Of a DNA stretch of 64,000 nucleotides, positions 49,920 to 59,716 are shown one piece after another (the first letter of the stretch is position 1; each line of letters starts with the position of its first letter). The stretch is from an uncultured Collinsella sp. (lineage in GTDB: Bacteria > Actinomycetota > Coriobacteriia > Coriobacteriales > Coriobacteriaceae). The position numbers and the translations under genes were made by a program. The DNA is taken from contig CAUBVH010000009.1 in the NCBI GenBank assembly GCA_958439425.1, positions 8,770-72,769 on the forward strand. The letters run 5' to 3'. The notes below the pieces were generated by a model. It was not told where the DNA came from, made no database searches, and was given only the letters and a program-made list of their open reading frames with translations.

Positions 49920-51798
49920 CCAGCCGTGTGGTCTGGGAGACATCGCTGTGTCCGAGCTCGTATTGCAGCTCGATGCCGCGGCTGCCGAGAAGCGCTACTC
50001 GGTCTTTTGGTGCAACGTCGGCGATGCGGACAAGCATGCCGTGGCAAACTTTATGGCCGATGTGTGCCAGACAGGTAAGGTCGTCGCGCTTACGCAGCTC
50101 GAGGACAACCGCGTCTTTCTGATGGTCAAGGCGGGCGCGCAGACGGGTGACCTGAGCGCTTCGCTCGACCATGAGCAAATGGTTCCGATTAAAACTCATT
50201 GGAACGAGCTGGATGATTACATCGCATTGCGTCTGCTGTTCAACTCGTGCTCGCAATTTGAGGGGATCGAGGACGAGATTCCCAATGATACGGGGCACTT
50301 GTATGTTGTAAGCGCCAAGGGTGCTCGCCGCGACGCCATTGAGGAAGCTGGAACGGGCCCTGCCAAGATTGAGACGGTCGAGACCGTTATCAACGAGGAT
50401 TGCACCTTCGAACTTAAGATCCGAACGTTTACCAAGCGACGGGTGCTCATCGGTCGTGCGGCAGGCGACAAGAAGGAGCTCGAGAAGATTAACAGCCAGG
50501 TTGGTTACAGGCTGTCGCCCGTGGCTTCGGTGGTGCTGGCTCACGGACAACGTGACGAGTACATCCTGCGCCGCGCCAAGGGCGATAAGCCGTCCAAGCG
50601 CCGTGATCTTACGTTTTCGGCCCAAGCGGAAAAGGTCGCCTATACCAAGAAGGGCATCCTGTACCGAGAGCTGCAGATCCTCGAGCGCCGGTACGGCGAC
50701 TTTGCCCGGGTGTCGCTCAGGGAGTATCCGCGCAAGAGCTTCTACGAGGTTTTGAAAAGCGAGCGATATGCCCGCGTGGTTGCGGAGCGCGCGGTGGGAC
50801 AGCGGGTTGTGGTGTCGTTTGCGCACAAAGGGCTTGCTGGGGTGGCGCGCCAGTTGGTCGATCGACTCAACGATTCCTCGTGGGGCGTGTGCGCGTCGTA
50901 TGGCGGGAAGGATGTGGATCCGCTGGCGTGGAATATCGTCATGGTGCCCAACGAGGTCGCCGAGAACGATGGCTATGCCCTGCACGCTGGCGTGGTTGAG
51001 CAGCATGTGACGCCGGACGTGTGCGAGCCGCTGTTTAAGGCGGCGTCGAATGCAAAGGTGTGCGGCGCACAGGAGGGAATCCTGGGCGCCATGCTCAAAG
51101 AGCTGTTGGTTAAGCAGGATGTTGCCGACGGCCGGGTGAAGGCGTTTGACCTTGGCTCTTTTGGCGTTGGGTCGGTGACGGTCTGTGGCGTGGTCAATGT
51201 CCCGCGCAAGGAGAAGGATAAGGTTGAGCTGGATGAACGCCTCGCAACGCTAACGATTGGTGTCGACGGGACCATGGACTACACCTCGCATCCCATCGAG
51301 GACGGTCCTGTGGACGAGATGGAGCTTGAACTGCTGACGTCGGACGGCAAACTCGACAAGGATGCCTACATCTTTGACGTGCGGGCAGGCGAACGATCTA
51401 TGTTGGCACGCGTGCGGGACACGGGCTTGACGACCTTCTCCAACACTTTTGTGACCTTGGTGCGCGATTACCAGCTTACGGGTAAGGCGGGTCGTAAGAA
51501 GGAGTTTTTCGAGAGCTACAACTCGCCCTATTACGGTATTGGAACGTTCGAACGTGCAGGGTTGACCTGCTACTTTGTGGGCGTCAACAACGGCACCAAG
51601 GAGGATCTGGCAACGTCGATTCATGTGCGCTCGGTCGAGGTGCTCGAAGGCGACGATCTGTCCGAGCTGCTGGTTCAGCTGGTCAATGAGGGGCTTTCGC
51701 GCCACGGGGCTCCTTCCAGGTGGCCGATTCCGGTGAAGTATCTCAACGAATATGCCGCGCGTGAGGGCGCGGCGGGGGAGTGTGGTATTTGCTCGTGA
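49903..51798 (+). CDS. DdmE-like prokaryotic Argonaute-type protein (alternative start 49948)
   Basis: MID-like EQHVT and LKELLVKQD; PIWI-like C-terminal PIPVKYLNEY; ~630 aa, directly after the helicase-nuclease. Confidence 0.65.
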   Translation: MQSKHNQPCGLGDIAVSELVLQLDAAAAEKRYSVFWCNVGDADKHAVANFMADVCQTGKVVALTQLEDNRVFLMVKAGAQTGDLSASLDHEQMVPIKTHWNELDDYIALRLLFNSCSQFEGIEDEIPNDTGHLYVVSAKGARRDAIEEAGTGPAKIETVETVINEDCTFELKIRTFTKRRVLIGRAAGDKKELEKINSQVGYRLSPVASVVLAHGQRDEYILRRAKGDKPSKRRDLTFSAQAEKVAYTKKGILYRELQILERRYGDFARVSLREYPRKSFYEVLKSERYARVVAERAVGQRVVVSFAHKGLAGVARQLVDRLNDSSWGVCASYGGKDVDPLAWNIVMVPNEVAENDGYALHAGVVEQHVTPDVCEPLFKAASNAKVCGAQEGILGAMLKELLVKQDVADGRVKAFDLGSFGVGSVTVCGVVNVPRKEKDKVELDERLATLTIGVDGTMDYTSHPIEDGPVDEMELELLTSDGKLDKDAYIFDVRAGERSMLARVRDTGLTTFSNTFVTLVRDYQLTGKAGRKKEFFESYNSPYYGIGTFERAGLTCYFVGVNNGTKEDLATSIHVRSVEVLEGDDLSELLVQLVNEGLSRHGAPSRWPIPVKYLNEYAAREGAAGECGICS

Positions 51799-51840
51799 GG
51801 AAACAGATTGGTTATATGTGCTAGAAAACTAAAATTGTTC

Positions 51841-51869
51841 TTGCAACATACAAGCGGAGCGCATATACT
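51841..51869 (+). promoter_or_regulatory. Sigma-A-type promoter
   Basis: TTGCAA-N17-TATACT. Confidence 0.6.
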
Positions 51870-51947
51870 GCAGTCATAGCGTATGAGATGGGGTCTCTAA
51901 AAGAGGCCAAGCACAGCAATTTGAGTTTATGTAGACGGGACTTGAGC

Positions 51948-52178
51948 ATGAACACCAGCAGTTTCTCCTTTAACAACGATAATAGTGGTTACATTAATCT
52001 CGAGACTATCTTTGGTTGCACTGTCGGTTCTCGCGCAGAGAACGGGATTGTATTTCTAGATGAAGAGAAGCCATGCGGCGAAGAACTCGAGTATTTAGAT
52101 GAGATTGAGCGCGAGCGGAACTATGAGTTTGGTTTTTGCGGAGATCAGTTTCATCACGATTCAATTCGCTCAATTTAA
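51948..52178 (+). CDS. Small hypothetical protein
   Basis: Short AT-rich ORF downstream of the promoter. Confidence 0.35.
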   Translation: MNTSSFSFNNDNSGYINLETIFGCTVGSRAENGIVFLDEEKPCGEELEYLDEIERERNYEFGFCGDQFHHDSIRSI

Positions 52179-52264
52179 TTACCCCGTTATCACCTCTTTT
52201 TAATGGGGCAAGTCAGATCGACTATCTGTGGCAAACAACGGCTCACCGTGGGAAGGAATCGGCA

Positions 52265-55200
52265 ATGAGCAAGAACATGAACAAGGACATGAACGGCAAG
52301 GCTTTGGGTAAGGCCAAGGCGGCTGGACGCGTGGCGACAGTTGCTGCGGCGACGATTGCCATGACGGGCGGCTCGCTGCTGTCGCCCCTGGCCGCGGCGG
52401 CGCAGGGTGCGGATGGCATTGGCGCTGCGGGCGCAACGGCTGCGGTGATGTCGCCGCTGACGAGCGCTGCGGCCGCCGGTGCTGGCGCGGGTGCTGTGTC
52501 TGCGGCGCAAAAGGTCGCCGACCTGCAGGCTGCAGTTGATGCGGCGCGTGCCAAAGCTGCTGCTGCCAAGGCCGATCTGGAAGCGGCTGCTGCTCCCTAC
52601 GATGCTGCTGCCGCCAACCAGCAGCGGGCGCAGGGCGTCTATGACGCGGCCCGCGGTGCAAGTGATAGCGCGGTTTCCGCTGCCTCGGCCGGGCTGGAAA
52701 AGCAGCTGGGCGCTGCGCAGGACAAGGCCGATTTGGATGTCAAGACGCTTGAGGACGCTCAGGCTGCGCTCGATGCCGCCAAGAAGAACCTGACGGACAA
52801 GGACGAAGCCCTGGTTGCCGCGCAGAAGGCGGCCGCCAATGCCCAGTCTGCGCTTGAGACCGCACAGGCTGCTGCATCCGACGCCACGCCCGAGGCCGTA
52901 GCCGCCGCTCAGGCGGCCGCAGAGCAGGCTGCGAGTGATTTGGAGCAGGCAAAGCAGCAGGCCGCTGATGCGCAAGCCAAACTCTCGGATGCCCGGGCGG
53001 CTGCCGATGCCGCCGCTGCCAAGCAGCGGGAAACGCAGGTCAAGCTTTCGGCAGCTCAGCAGGCAAAGACCGCGGCAGATGCGGACGTGGACGCCGCACA
53101 GGCGAGCTATGACGCGGCCAAGGCCGATCTGGATCGAGCCGAGCAGGGCGCTGCGGGCCCGGAGTACGAGGACGCCAAGGCAAAGGTGACTGCTGCGTCC
53201 GAGGCGCTGACGGCCGCCAAGGCCACGCAGGCGCAGCGCGAGGGCGAGCTTGCCGCCGCCGAGCAAGAGGCGACTGCCGTCGAGGGCGAGGTGCAGACTG
53301 CCCAGCAGGCAGTTGCCAATCAGCAGCAGGTTGCCACCGATGCCCAGACCAAGCTGGATGACGCGGCTGCCGCCAAGACGGCAGCCGATGCCGCCCTTGA
53401 CCAGGCCAAGGCCGATCATGCCTCCGCGCTTACGGAGTTGGCCGACGCCCAGGTCAAGCTCTCGGCAGCCAAGGACGAGAAAGACGCTGCAGACAAGGCG
53501 CTCAATCAGGCGAAGGCCCAAAAGCAGCAGGCCGATCAGGCTGTGGCCCAGGCCCAGGCCAAGCTCGATGCCGCTCAGGCAACGGCGAACGCGTCGGCGG
53601 AGAATTACCGTCAGGGTGCTATCGCGTTCTTTAAAAGTGTGGGCGCCAACGATGCGGCGAATATCATCCTCAACTGCAAACTCGCTAACTACAACAAGGT
53701 GGGCGAGGAGGTCGACGCGACAAGCCTGACCAATATGAAGCAGGCGGTCGTGTGGCTCAAAGCGTGCAACGAGTATCGCGCAAGCGTTGGCCTAGGCGAG
53801 CTCAAGGTAACGTATGCCATGATGGCGACTGCCATTGCCGATGCGAACTTCTCGGATACGAAAGTCGCGCACGCTCAGCAGTTTAACGTGGGCGAGAATG
53901 TGGCGTGGAACTACGGAAGCAATCCGTTTAAGCAGTGGGTCGATCAGGAGAAGGCCATCTTTGATGCTGCCGCCGCCTCGCTGGGCGCATCGGGCCTTAC
54001 GGGAAAGGCCGCTTACGATTTCTATACGGCGCATAGCTCCCAGATTGATAACTACGCCGCACTGCACGGTGGATCAAGCCCCTCGGTCGGCCATTACATC
54101 AACGTGATCAACCCCGATTACACCGTGACGGGCATGGGCGTTTGCACGCGAGGGACGCTGTACGGGAGTACACAGGCGCAGACATTTGTATATTCTGGTC
54201 AATGGTACAAGCCGTATAACCTCAATCCGATGACGGTTGCAGAGTATGAGGCTGCGTTGAACGCGTGGTGTGACGCTCTGGCAAATCCCGAGCAGGGCGT
54301 GGACGCGGTACGCAAGGAGCTTGCTGCGGCGCAGGGCGTTGCCGAGGATGCGGGCAACAAGGTGAATGTTGCATCGCAGGCCGTTGCGGCAAAGCAGGCC
54401 CAGGTTGAGCGTGCTGCCGCTGACGTCGATACTGCGGCTGCCAAGGCCTCTGATGCCCAGGCTGCTGTGGAGCAGAAACAAGCTGTAGCTGATGCCGCCG
54501 CGCGTGCCGTGAGCGATGCCCGCGCCGATTTGAGCGCTGCCAACGCCGTTGTTGCGGCGGCACAGGATGCCGTGGCTGCCAAGTCTGGCGAGCTCGACAT
54601 TGCCAAGGGCAAGGCGGCTGCTGCCAAACGCGCGCTGGACGCCGCTCGTACCGGTGTTGACGAAAAGCAGGATGCACTTGCCGCGGCCCAGGATGAGCTG
54701 GCGGCATACTCAGCCGATATCGCCGCTGCTCAGCGTGCGTTTGATGCGGCATCGTCTGCACTCGAAGACGCTCGTGCCAATCAGCGCGTGGCGGAGGCCG
54801 AACTTCTTGCCGCCCAAGGCGATGCCGATCAGGCAGGCATCGATGCTGCTGCCACTCAGGCGGAGCTCGATATGGCCCAGCAGGCTGCGAGCGATGCCGA
54901 CGCCGTCGTGGCAACGGCTCAGGCAAAATCTGATGCAGCTGCCGGGCGTGCCTCTCAGCTTAAGAATGCCGCTGCGGCACTTGCCAGGGCCACAGAGGGC
55001 AAAGCCACTGCCGATGTCGCGCTCGATGCTGCGGAGGTGGCCGTGAGCGATGCCGAGTACGACGTGGTGGAGGCTGGCGATGCCGTGGCGAATGCAACTG
55101 CCGCCCGCGATGCCTCTGCCGCCGCGGTTGCCCGCCTGCGCAGCGTCAATCTTGCCGAAGCCATCGTCAATGGCAGCGCTGACGATGCGGACGAGGCGCT

Positions 55201-55615
55201 CAACGCCAAGATCGCTGCGGCCCACGATGCCGCCGAGCGTGCCGCGACCGCCAAGGCCGAGCTCGATGCCGCCGTGGCTGCGACGGATGCCGTGGCGCCG
55301 GCATACTTGGAGGCGCTTGCAAACTACACCGCCGCCAAGGCCGAGCTCGACCAGGCTATTGCCGAGCTCAACGCCGAGATTGCTCGCCAAGAGGCCGCCG
55401 AACGCGGGAATGGCGAGCAGGCTCAGACCGCTACGCAGGTGACGTACCAGGCAAAACATGCGGTGGCAACAACCGAGATTGCGACGCAGCAGACGGCGAT
55501 GCCTGCCACGGGCGATGCGTTCGACCTGCTGGGCGAGACCTTCGTTATCGGCGGCACGGTCCTGGTAGCCGCCGGTGTCTTCCTGTCCGATAAACGCCGC
55601 CAGCTGATTCGTTAG
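52265..55615 (+). CDS. Cell-wall-anchored coiled-coil protein with a central CAP domain (PrgA/Sec10-like architecture)
   Basis: Signal peptide; Ala-rich heptads on both sides of NEYRASVGL..GENVAW..GHYINVINP (CAP); MPATG + TM + KRR sorting signal. Confidence 0.8.
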   Translation: MSKNMNKDMNGKALGKAKAAGRVATVAAATIAMTGGSLLSPLAAAAQGADGIGAAGATAAVMSPLTSAAAAGAGAGAVSAAQKVADLQAAVDAARAKAAAAKADLEAAAAPYDAAAANQQRAQGVYDAARGASDSAVSAASAGLEKQLGAAQDKADLDVKTLEDAQAALDAAKKNLTDKDEALVAAQKAAANAQSALETAQAAASDATPEAVAAAQAAAEQAASDLEQAKQQAADAQAKLSDARAAADAAAAKQRETQVKLSAAQQAKTAADADVDAAQASYDAAKADLDRAEQGAAGPEYEDAKAKVTAASEALTAAKATQAQREGELAAAEQEATAVEGEVQTAQQAVANQQQVATDAQTKLDDAAAAKTAADAALDQAKADHASALTELADAQVKLSAAKDEKDAADKALNQAKAQKQQADQAVAQAQAKLDAAQATANASAENYRQGAIAFFKSVGANDAANIILNCKLANYNKVGEEVDATSLTNMKQAVVWLKACNEYRASVGLGELKVTYAMMATAIADANFSDTKVAHAQQFNVGENVAWNYGSNPFKQWVDQEKAIFDAAAASLGASGLTGKAAYDFYTAHSSQIDNYAALHGGSSPSVGHYINVINPDYTVTGMGVCTRGTLYGSTQAQTFVYSGQWYKPYNLNPMTVAEYEAALNAWCDALANPEQGVDAVRKELAAAQGVAEDAGNKVNVASQAVAAKQAQVERAAADVDTAAAKASDAQAAVEQKQAVADAAARAVSDARADLSAANAVVAAAQDAVAAKSGELDIAKGKAAAAKRALDAARTGVDEKQDALAAAQDELAAYSADIAAAQRAFDAASSALEDARANQRVAEAELLAAQGDADQAGIDAAATQAELDMAQQAASDADAVVATAQAKSDAAAGRASQLKNAAAALARATEGKATADVALDAAEVAVSDAEYDVVEAGDAVANATAARDASAAAVARLRSVNLAEAIVNGSADDADEALNAKIAAAHDAAERAATAKAELDAAVAATDAVAPAYLEALANYTAAKAELDQAIAELNAEIARQEAAERGNGEQAQTATQVTYQAKHAVATTEIATQQTAMPATGDAFDLLGETFVIGGTVLVAAGVFLSDKRRQLIR

Positions 55616-55720
55616 GGACAGAAGGGACTGCGGGCCATTTTCGGCGCGTACCGTGGGGGGTGATGAGGCTCCATGCGGCGCGCGCTGCCTTGTTCTTTAA
55701 GAGCGATTAAGGAGGGACAT

Positions 55721-56077
55721 ATGCAAATTAGGGGAGAGGCCGCGATCGTCTGTGGATTCATGGCGGGCCTGGCAACGGGGCTGCTGTTCGATGGATGTTT
55801 CGACAGCTATATCAATCGGTTCTGCGATTCTGGTTTTTCGAGAGGCAAGCCTTGGAAAACAGCGTCGGCTCATCGAGAAGCGACCGCGCCCATCGAGCCC
55901 CGCAGTGTGGATACCTCAAAAATCAAGGTAATCGTCACTAAGAACGGCAAGATTTATCACCGCTCTGCTGGATGCAAGAACCTTCCTCAAAACGCCATCA
56001 GAACAAGCGTGCCTTTGGCGACCGCGCTCAAGCGAGGAAAGATCCCCTGTTCAGCATGTTGCCCGTCGGCGGTTTAG
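55721..56077 (+). CDS. Small membrane-anchored protein with an Ada-like Zn-binding motif
   Basis: GKIYH...C...PCSAC pattern. Confidence 0.55.
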   Translation: MQIRGEAAIVCGFMAGLATGLLFDGCFDSYINRFCDSGFSRGKPWKTASAHREATAPIEPRSVDTSKIKVIVTKNGKIYHRSAGCKNLPQNAIRTSVPLATALKRGKIPCSACCPSAV

Positions 56078-56230
56078 GAGATTCTTCAGGGCTGCTCTGC
56101 AAGGATATGGGTCCCTGCGGACGCGTGGGTTTAAAAACGTGTCCGCACGACATGTGACACTTAACCTGCCGTCATGCTCCGTCGCGGCGGCATGCATCTG
56201 AACAGCGACCCTCTAAGGAGTTCGATATCG

Positions 56231-56470
56231 ATGAGTGACAACACCAAACATCTCGCAAAGAAGTGCGTCAAGGACGCGGGGCCGTGTCTCGCGCTGTGCG
56301 CAGCCGGCGCAGCGATCGCGCTGCTGGCTGTTCTGGGGCCATTCGACGTGCTCCGAAGTGCCAGTTCCCTGCACGTCATCATCGCCCTTGCCGGTGCCAT
56401 GATGACCGGCGGCGTGCTCGATCTGATCTTTTGGGTGTTTGACCCGTTTGGATGGAAGAACGAGGGGTAA
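56231..56470 (+). CDS. Small two-TM membrane protein
   Basis: TAAGGAG RBS and two hydrophobic helices. Confidence 0.5.
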   Translation: MSDNTKHLAKKCVKDAGPCLALCAAGAAIALLAVLGPFDVLRSASSLHVIIALAGAMMTGGVLDLIFWVFDPFGWKNEG

Positions 56471-56555
56471 GCCCTAAGGGATGCAGATGCCGGGGCAGAC
56501 CCGCAATTTCTGCTATCGATTTGTCCAGAGCCGCACAGCGCGGAGGTGTTGTTTG

Positions 56556-57311
56556 ATGTCCATTTTCGTTACCGGAGACGTTCACGGTGTTGCCGAGTAC
56601 GGGGCGAGCCGCTTCTCGTCGCGCGTTTGGCCATTGGGTCGTACGCTGACGCGCGATGACGTGGTGATCGTTGCCGGTGACTTTGGCTTTATATGGAGTG
56701 GCTCAAACACCGACAAATACTGGCTCGACTGGTTTGAGTCCAAGCCCTGGACCACGTGTTTTGTCGACGGTAATCACGAGAATCACCATTTGCTGGCGGG
56801 GCTGCCGATCCGAGAGTGGAACGGGGGCCTCGTTCACGAGGCTCGCCCACATGTGCTGCACCTGATGCGCGGCGAGGTGTTCGACATCGCGGGGAACACG
56901 GTGCTCGCCATGGGTGGAGCCGCGAGCCATGACAAACAGTGGCGCCGGGAGGGAAAGACGTGGTGGCCCGAGGAAATGCCGAGTGAGAGCGAGGTGGAAT
57001 ACTGTCGCGCCTCGCTCGATCGTGTGGGCTGGAAGGTCGACTATGTTGTGACTCACGAGGCGCCGGTCGATTTGGCAGACGAGCTGTGCATGGAGTGCAA
57101 TCGCGAGTTCTACGACGATTCGCTGCAGGCCTTTTTGGGCGAGCTCGATGGGCGACTCGACTACCGCACCTGGTTCTTTGGCCATTACCATGACGATGAA
57201 TGGCGCGATGAAAAGCATCGCCTTATCTACCAAGATATCGTGCGGATCGAAGCGCGATGTGCCGACGGATTCGGCGAGACGACGAGCAACTATTCCGAGC
57301 AAGAGCGTTAG
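56556..57311 (+). CDS. Calcineurin-like metallophosphoesterase
   Basis: GDVHG, GDFG, GNHE, THE and GHYH motifs. Confidence 0.9.
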   Translation: MSIFVTGDVHGVAEYGASRFSSRVWPLGRTLTRDDVVIVAGDFGFIWSGSNTDKYWLDWFESKPWTTCFVDGNHENHHLLAGLPIREWNGGLVHEARPHVLHLMRGEVFDIAGNTVLAMGGAASHDKQWRREGKTWWPEEMPSESEVEYCRASLDRVGWKVDYVVTHEAPVDLADELCMECNREFYDDSLQAFLGELDGRLDYRTWFFGHYHDDEWRDEKHRLIYQDIVRIEARCADGFGETTSNYSEQER

Positions 57312-57320
57312 GAGGTCCCC

Positions 57321-57959
57321 GTGATCTGGTTTACCAGCGATACTCACTTTGGACACGAGAACATGCTACGGCTTAGCGATAGGCCTTGGTCGACTGTTGC
57401 GCAGATGAACGACGCCATGGTCGCCAACATTAACAGCAAGGTTGCTGTGGACGACGAGCTCTACATTTTGGGTGACTTTAGCTTTAAGATGACGGTCAAA
57501 GAGGCCTACGAACTGCGCAAAAGCATCGTATGCAAGCGCGTCCACCTGCTGCCCGGCAACCACGACAAAGACTGGACGCAGCCTGCGGTGGCGGATGCCT
57601 TTATCGTCGAGCCGTCCATTTGCGTGCTCAAGATCGACCGCCAAAAAATCGTGCTGAGCCACTATCCCATGGCTGACTGGCAGGGCATGTCGCACGGCAG
57701 CTGGCATTTGCACGGGCATATCCACAGTTGCGGCGGCGCGTACAACAATTTCAACTGCAGGCAGGGACTGCTGCGCTATGACGTGGGTGTCGACGCCAAC
57801 GGCTACGCCCCGGTGAGCCTGGGGGAGCTCAAGACGTGGTTTGCGCAGGTCGACGAGCCGACGTGTTGCGTTAAATGGCCGTGGTGGGTCAACGCCACGG
57901 GCGACGAGCAGGTCGAGCGCGATCTCGAAGCCTATAAGAGGGAAGTGATGATCCGATGA
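57321..57959 (+). CDS. Calcineurin-like metallophosphoesterase (second subtype)
   Basis: SDTHFGH, LGDF, GNHD, SHYP, HGHIH and DVGVD motifs. Confidence 0.9.
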   Translation: MIWFTSDTHFGHENMLRLSDRPWSTVAQMNDAMVANINSKVAVDDELYILGDFSFKMTVKEAYELRKSIVCKRVHLLPGNHDKDWTQPAVADAFIVEPSICVLKIDRQKIVLSHYPMADWQGMSHGSWHLHGHIHSCGGAYNNFNCRQGLLRYDVGVDANGYAPVSLGELKTWFAQVDEPTCCVKWPWWVNATGDEQVERDLEAYKREVMIR

Positions 57960-58681
57960 CGGTCTATGTGACGGGTGATGTCCACGGTGGTCTCGACATG
58001 CAAAAGCTGCGCGACTGGGATCTTGGGGATAGCCTGACGAGCGACGACTATCTGATTGTCGCGGGCGACTTTGGCTTTCCGTGGGATTTCTCTGCCGAGG
58101 AATGCGCCGACATCGCCTGGCTGGAATCGCGTCCCTATACCGTGCTGTTCGTCGACGGCAATCACGAGCGTTTCGATTACTGGGCGGAGCGCCCCCTGGA
58201 GTTGTGGCACGGTGGACTGACGCAACGCCTGTCGGACACCTCGCCTATACGGCGCCTGACGCGCGGCGAGGTTTTTGAGCTCGGTGGGTCGACGATCTTT
58301 ACCATGGGCGGCGCCACGAGTGTGGACAAGGAATACCGCATCCCGTATTCCAGCTGGTGGCCGCAGGAGCTGCCGGGCGAGCGCAACTTTGAGGAGGCGC
58401 GGGCAAAGCTCGATAGCGTGGGCTGGAAGGTCGACTACGTGATCACCCACACCTGCTCCACGCGCATGCTCTCGCCCACGCTCTATCCGGCACCTGGCTG
58501 GAATTATCCAGCTGTCGATCGGCTTACGGCATTTTTCGACGAGCTGGAAGATCGCTTGGACTACAAGCGCTGGTACTACGGGCATTTTCATCGGGATGCC
58601 AACCCGGCCGAGCGCCACACCGTGCTCTACGACTGCATCGTTCGCTTGGGCGACGAACTCCAGTCCTGGGATGTTGCGTAG
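57956..58681 (+). CDS. Calcineurin-like metallophosphoesterase, paralogue of 56556-57311
   Basis: GDVHG, VAGDFGF, FVDGNHE, VGWKVDYV.TH and GHFH motifs. Confidence 0.9.
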   Translation: MTVYVTGDVHGGLDMQKLRDWDLGDSLTSDDYLIVAGDFGFPWDFSAEECADIAWLESRPYTVLFVDGNHERFDYWAERPLELWHGGLTQRLSDTSPIRRLTRGEVFELGGSTIFTMGGATSVDKEYRIPYSSWWPQELPGERNFEEARAKLDSVGWKVDYVITHTCSTRMLSPTLYPAPGWNYPAVDRLTAFFDELEDRLDYKRWYYGHFHRDANPAERHTVLYDCIVRLGDELQSWDVA

Positions 58682-58696
58682 AGGCGGGGTGGCTGG

Positions 58697-59716
58697 CTAC
58701 TCGACCGTTACAGTGATGTTCTCCCGATGCGCGCGGATGACGTCCCAGCTAAAGTGCTCGACCAGCTGCTCGGCGGTACGCGGCGTGGTGTCCGGCGCGA
58801 TGCCTGTTTGCCCGGCGAGCCATCCCAACAGTGCCTCGGGTGTGCCAAAGCGGGTGCGGAGCTCGCCCAGGTCCAGATCGCAATCGCGCTTGGAAAGGCG
58901 GCGGCCGTCCGGCGACATGAGCAGCGGAATGTGCGCGTAGCGCGGTGTGGGCAGTCCCAGCAGATGTTGCAGATAGATCTGGCGCGTCGTGGAACCAAGC
59001 AGGTCGCATCCGCGTACGATCTCGGTGACGCCCATGGCAGCGTCGTCGACCACCACGGCCAGCTGATAGGCAAACACGCCGTCGCTGCGGCGCACCAAAA
59101 AGTCGCCGCACTCGGTGGCGAGTGCCTCGCATTGGGCTTCGTACGTGCGGTCCACGAATTCGATCACGTCGCCGGCGAGGTCGTCGACGTCGGGCACACG
59201 CAGACGCGTGGCCGGAGCGCGCAGGATGCTGCGGCGGGCAACCTCCTCGGCAGAAAGGCCTCGGCAGGCGCCGCGGTAGATGGGCGTGCCGTCGCTCGCG
59301 TGCGGCGCGCTTGCGGTGTGGAGCTCGGCGCGCGTGCAAAAGCAGGGATAGGTGAGGCCGGCGTCTTGCAGCTGGTGCAGGGCGTCCTCGTACAAGTCCA
59401 GGCGATCGTGCTGGTAGTAGGGGCCTTCGTCCCACTCAAGCCCCAGCCAGGCTAGGTCGTCAATCAATTGGGCGGCAAGTTCCGGGCGCTTGCAGCGATC
59501 GTCCAGGTCCTCGATGCGCAACACGATGCTGCCGCCCTGGCTGCGGGCCGAAAGCCACGCGCACAGGCAGCTGAACACGTTGCCCAGGTGCATGCGGCCC
59601 GAGGGCGACGGGGCAAAGCGGCCCACGACCGGCGCGAGGGCGGGGGCGAGCTTGCTGTTGGGCGCCGTCGACATGGCCACGGCGGGTGTTGCTATGTTGC
59701 ATGCGTTGATATCCAT
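58697..59716 (-). CDS. gluQ: tRNA glutamyl-Q(34) synthetase
   Basis: RFAPSPSG.MHLGN, RIEDLD, YQLAVVVDD, VRG.DL and LSKR motifs; no anticodon-binding domain. Confidence 0.9.
   Translation of the reverse strand: MDINACNIATPAVAMSTAPNSKLAPALAPVVGRFAPSPSGRMHLGNVFSCLCAWLSARSQGGSIVLRIEDLDDRCKRPELAAQLIDDLAWLGLEWDEGPYYQHDRLDLYEDALHQLQDAGLTYPCFCTRAELHTASAPHASDGTPIYRGACRGLSAEEVARRSILRAPATRLRVPDVDDLAGDVIEFVDRTYEAQCEALATECGDFLVRRSDGVFAYQLAVVVDDAAMGVTEIVRGCDLLGSTTRQIYLQHLLGLPTPRYAHIPLLMSPDGRRLSKRDCDLDLGELRTRFGTPEALLGWLAGQTGIAPDTTPRTAEQLVEHFSWDVIRAHRENITVTVE

Larger units (their letters stand above)
22150..58690. mobile_element. Accessory/defence genomic island with conjugation-derived genes; boundaries approximate
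   Basis: Abrupt switch from housekeeping to TA, R-M, helicase, Argonaute and VirD4 genes; visibly more AT-rich blocks, especially 29.9-39.4 kb; no integrase or att repeat recognised. Confidence 0.6.

Noticed and set aside
49903..51798. pPIWI-RE system or catalytically active long pAgo
   Set aside because: The partner is one helicase-nuclease fusion rather than separate DinG and REase genes, and no DEDX tetrad is recognisable; DdmE-like fits better
26743..55615. Complete ICE or prophage
   Set aside because: No integrase, relaxase, VirB4 or phage structural genes were recognised, and ClpP is not flanked by portal or capsid genes
22149..58697. GGTGGCT at both island edges as attL/attR
   Set aside because: Too short to be significant in GC-rich DNA
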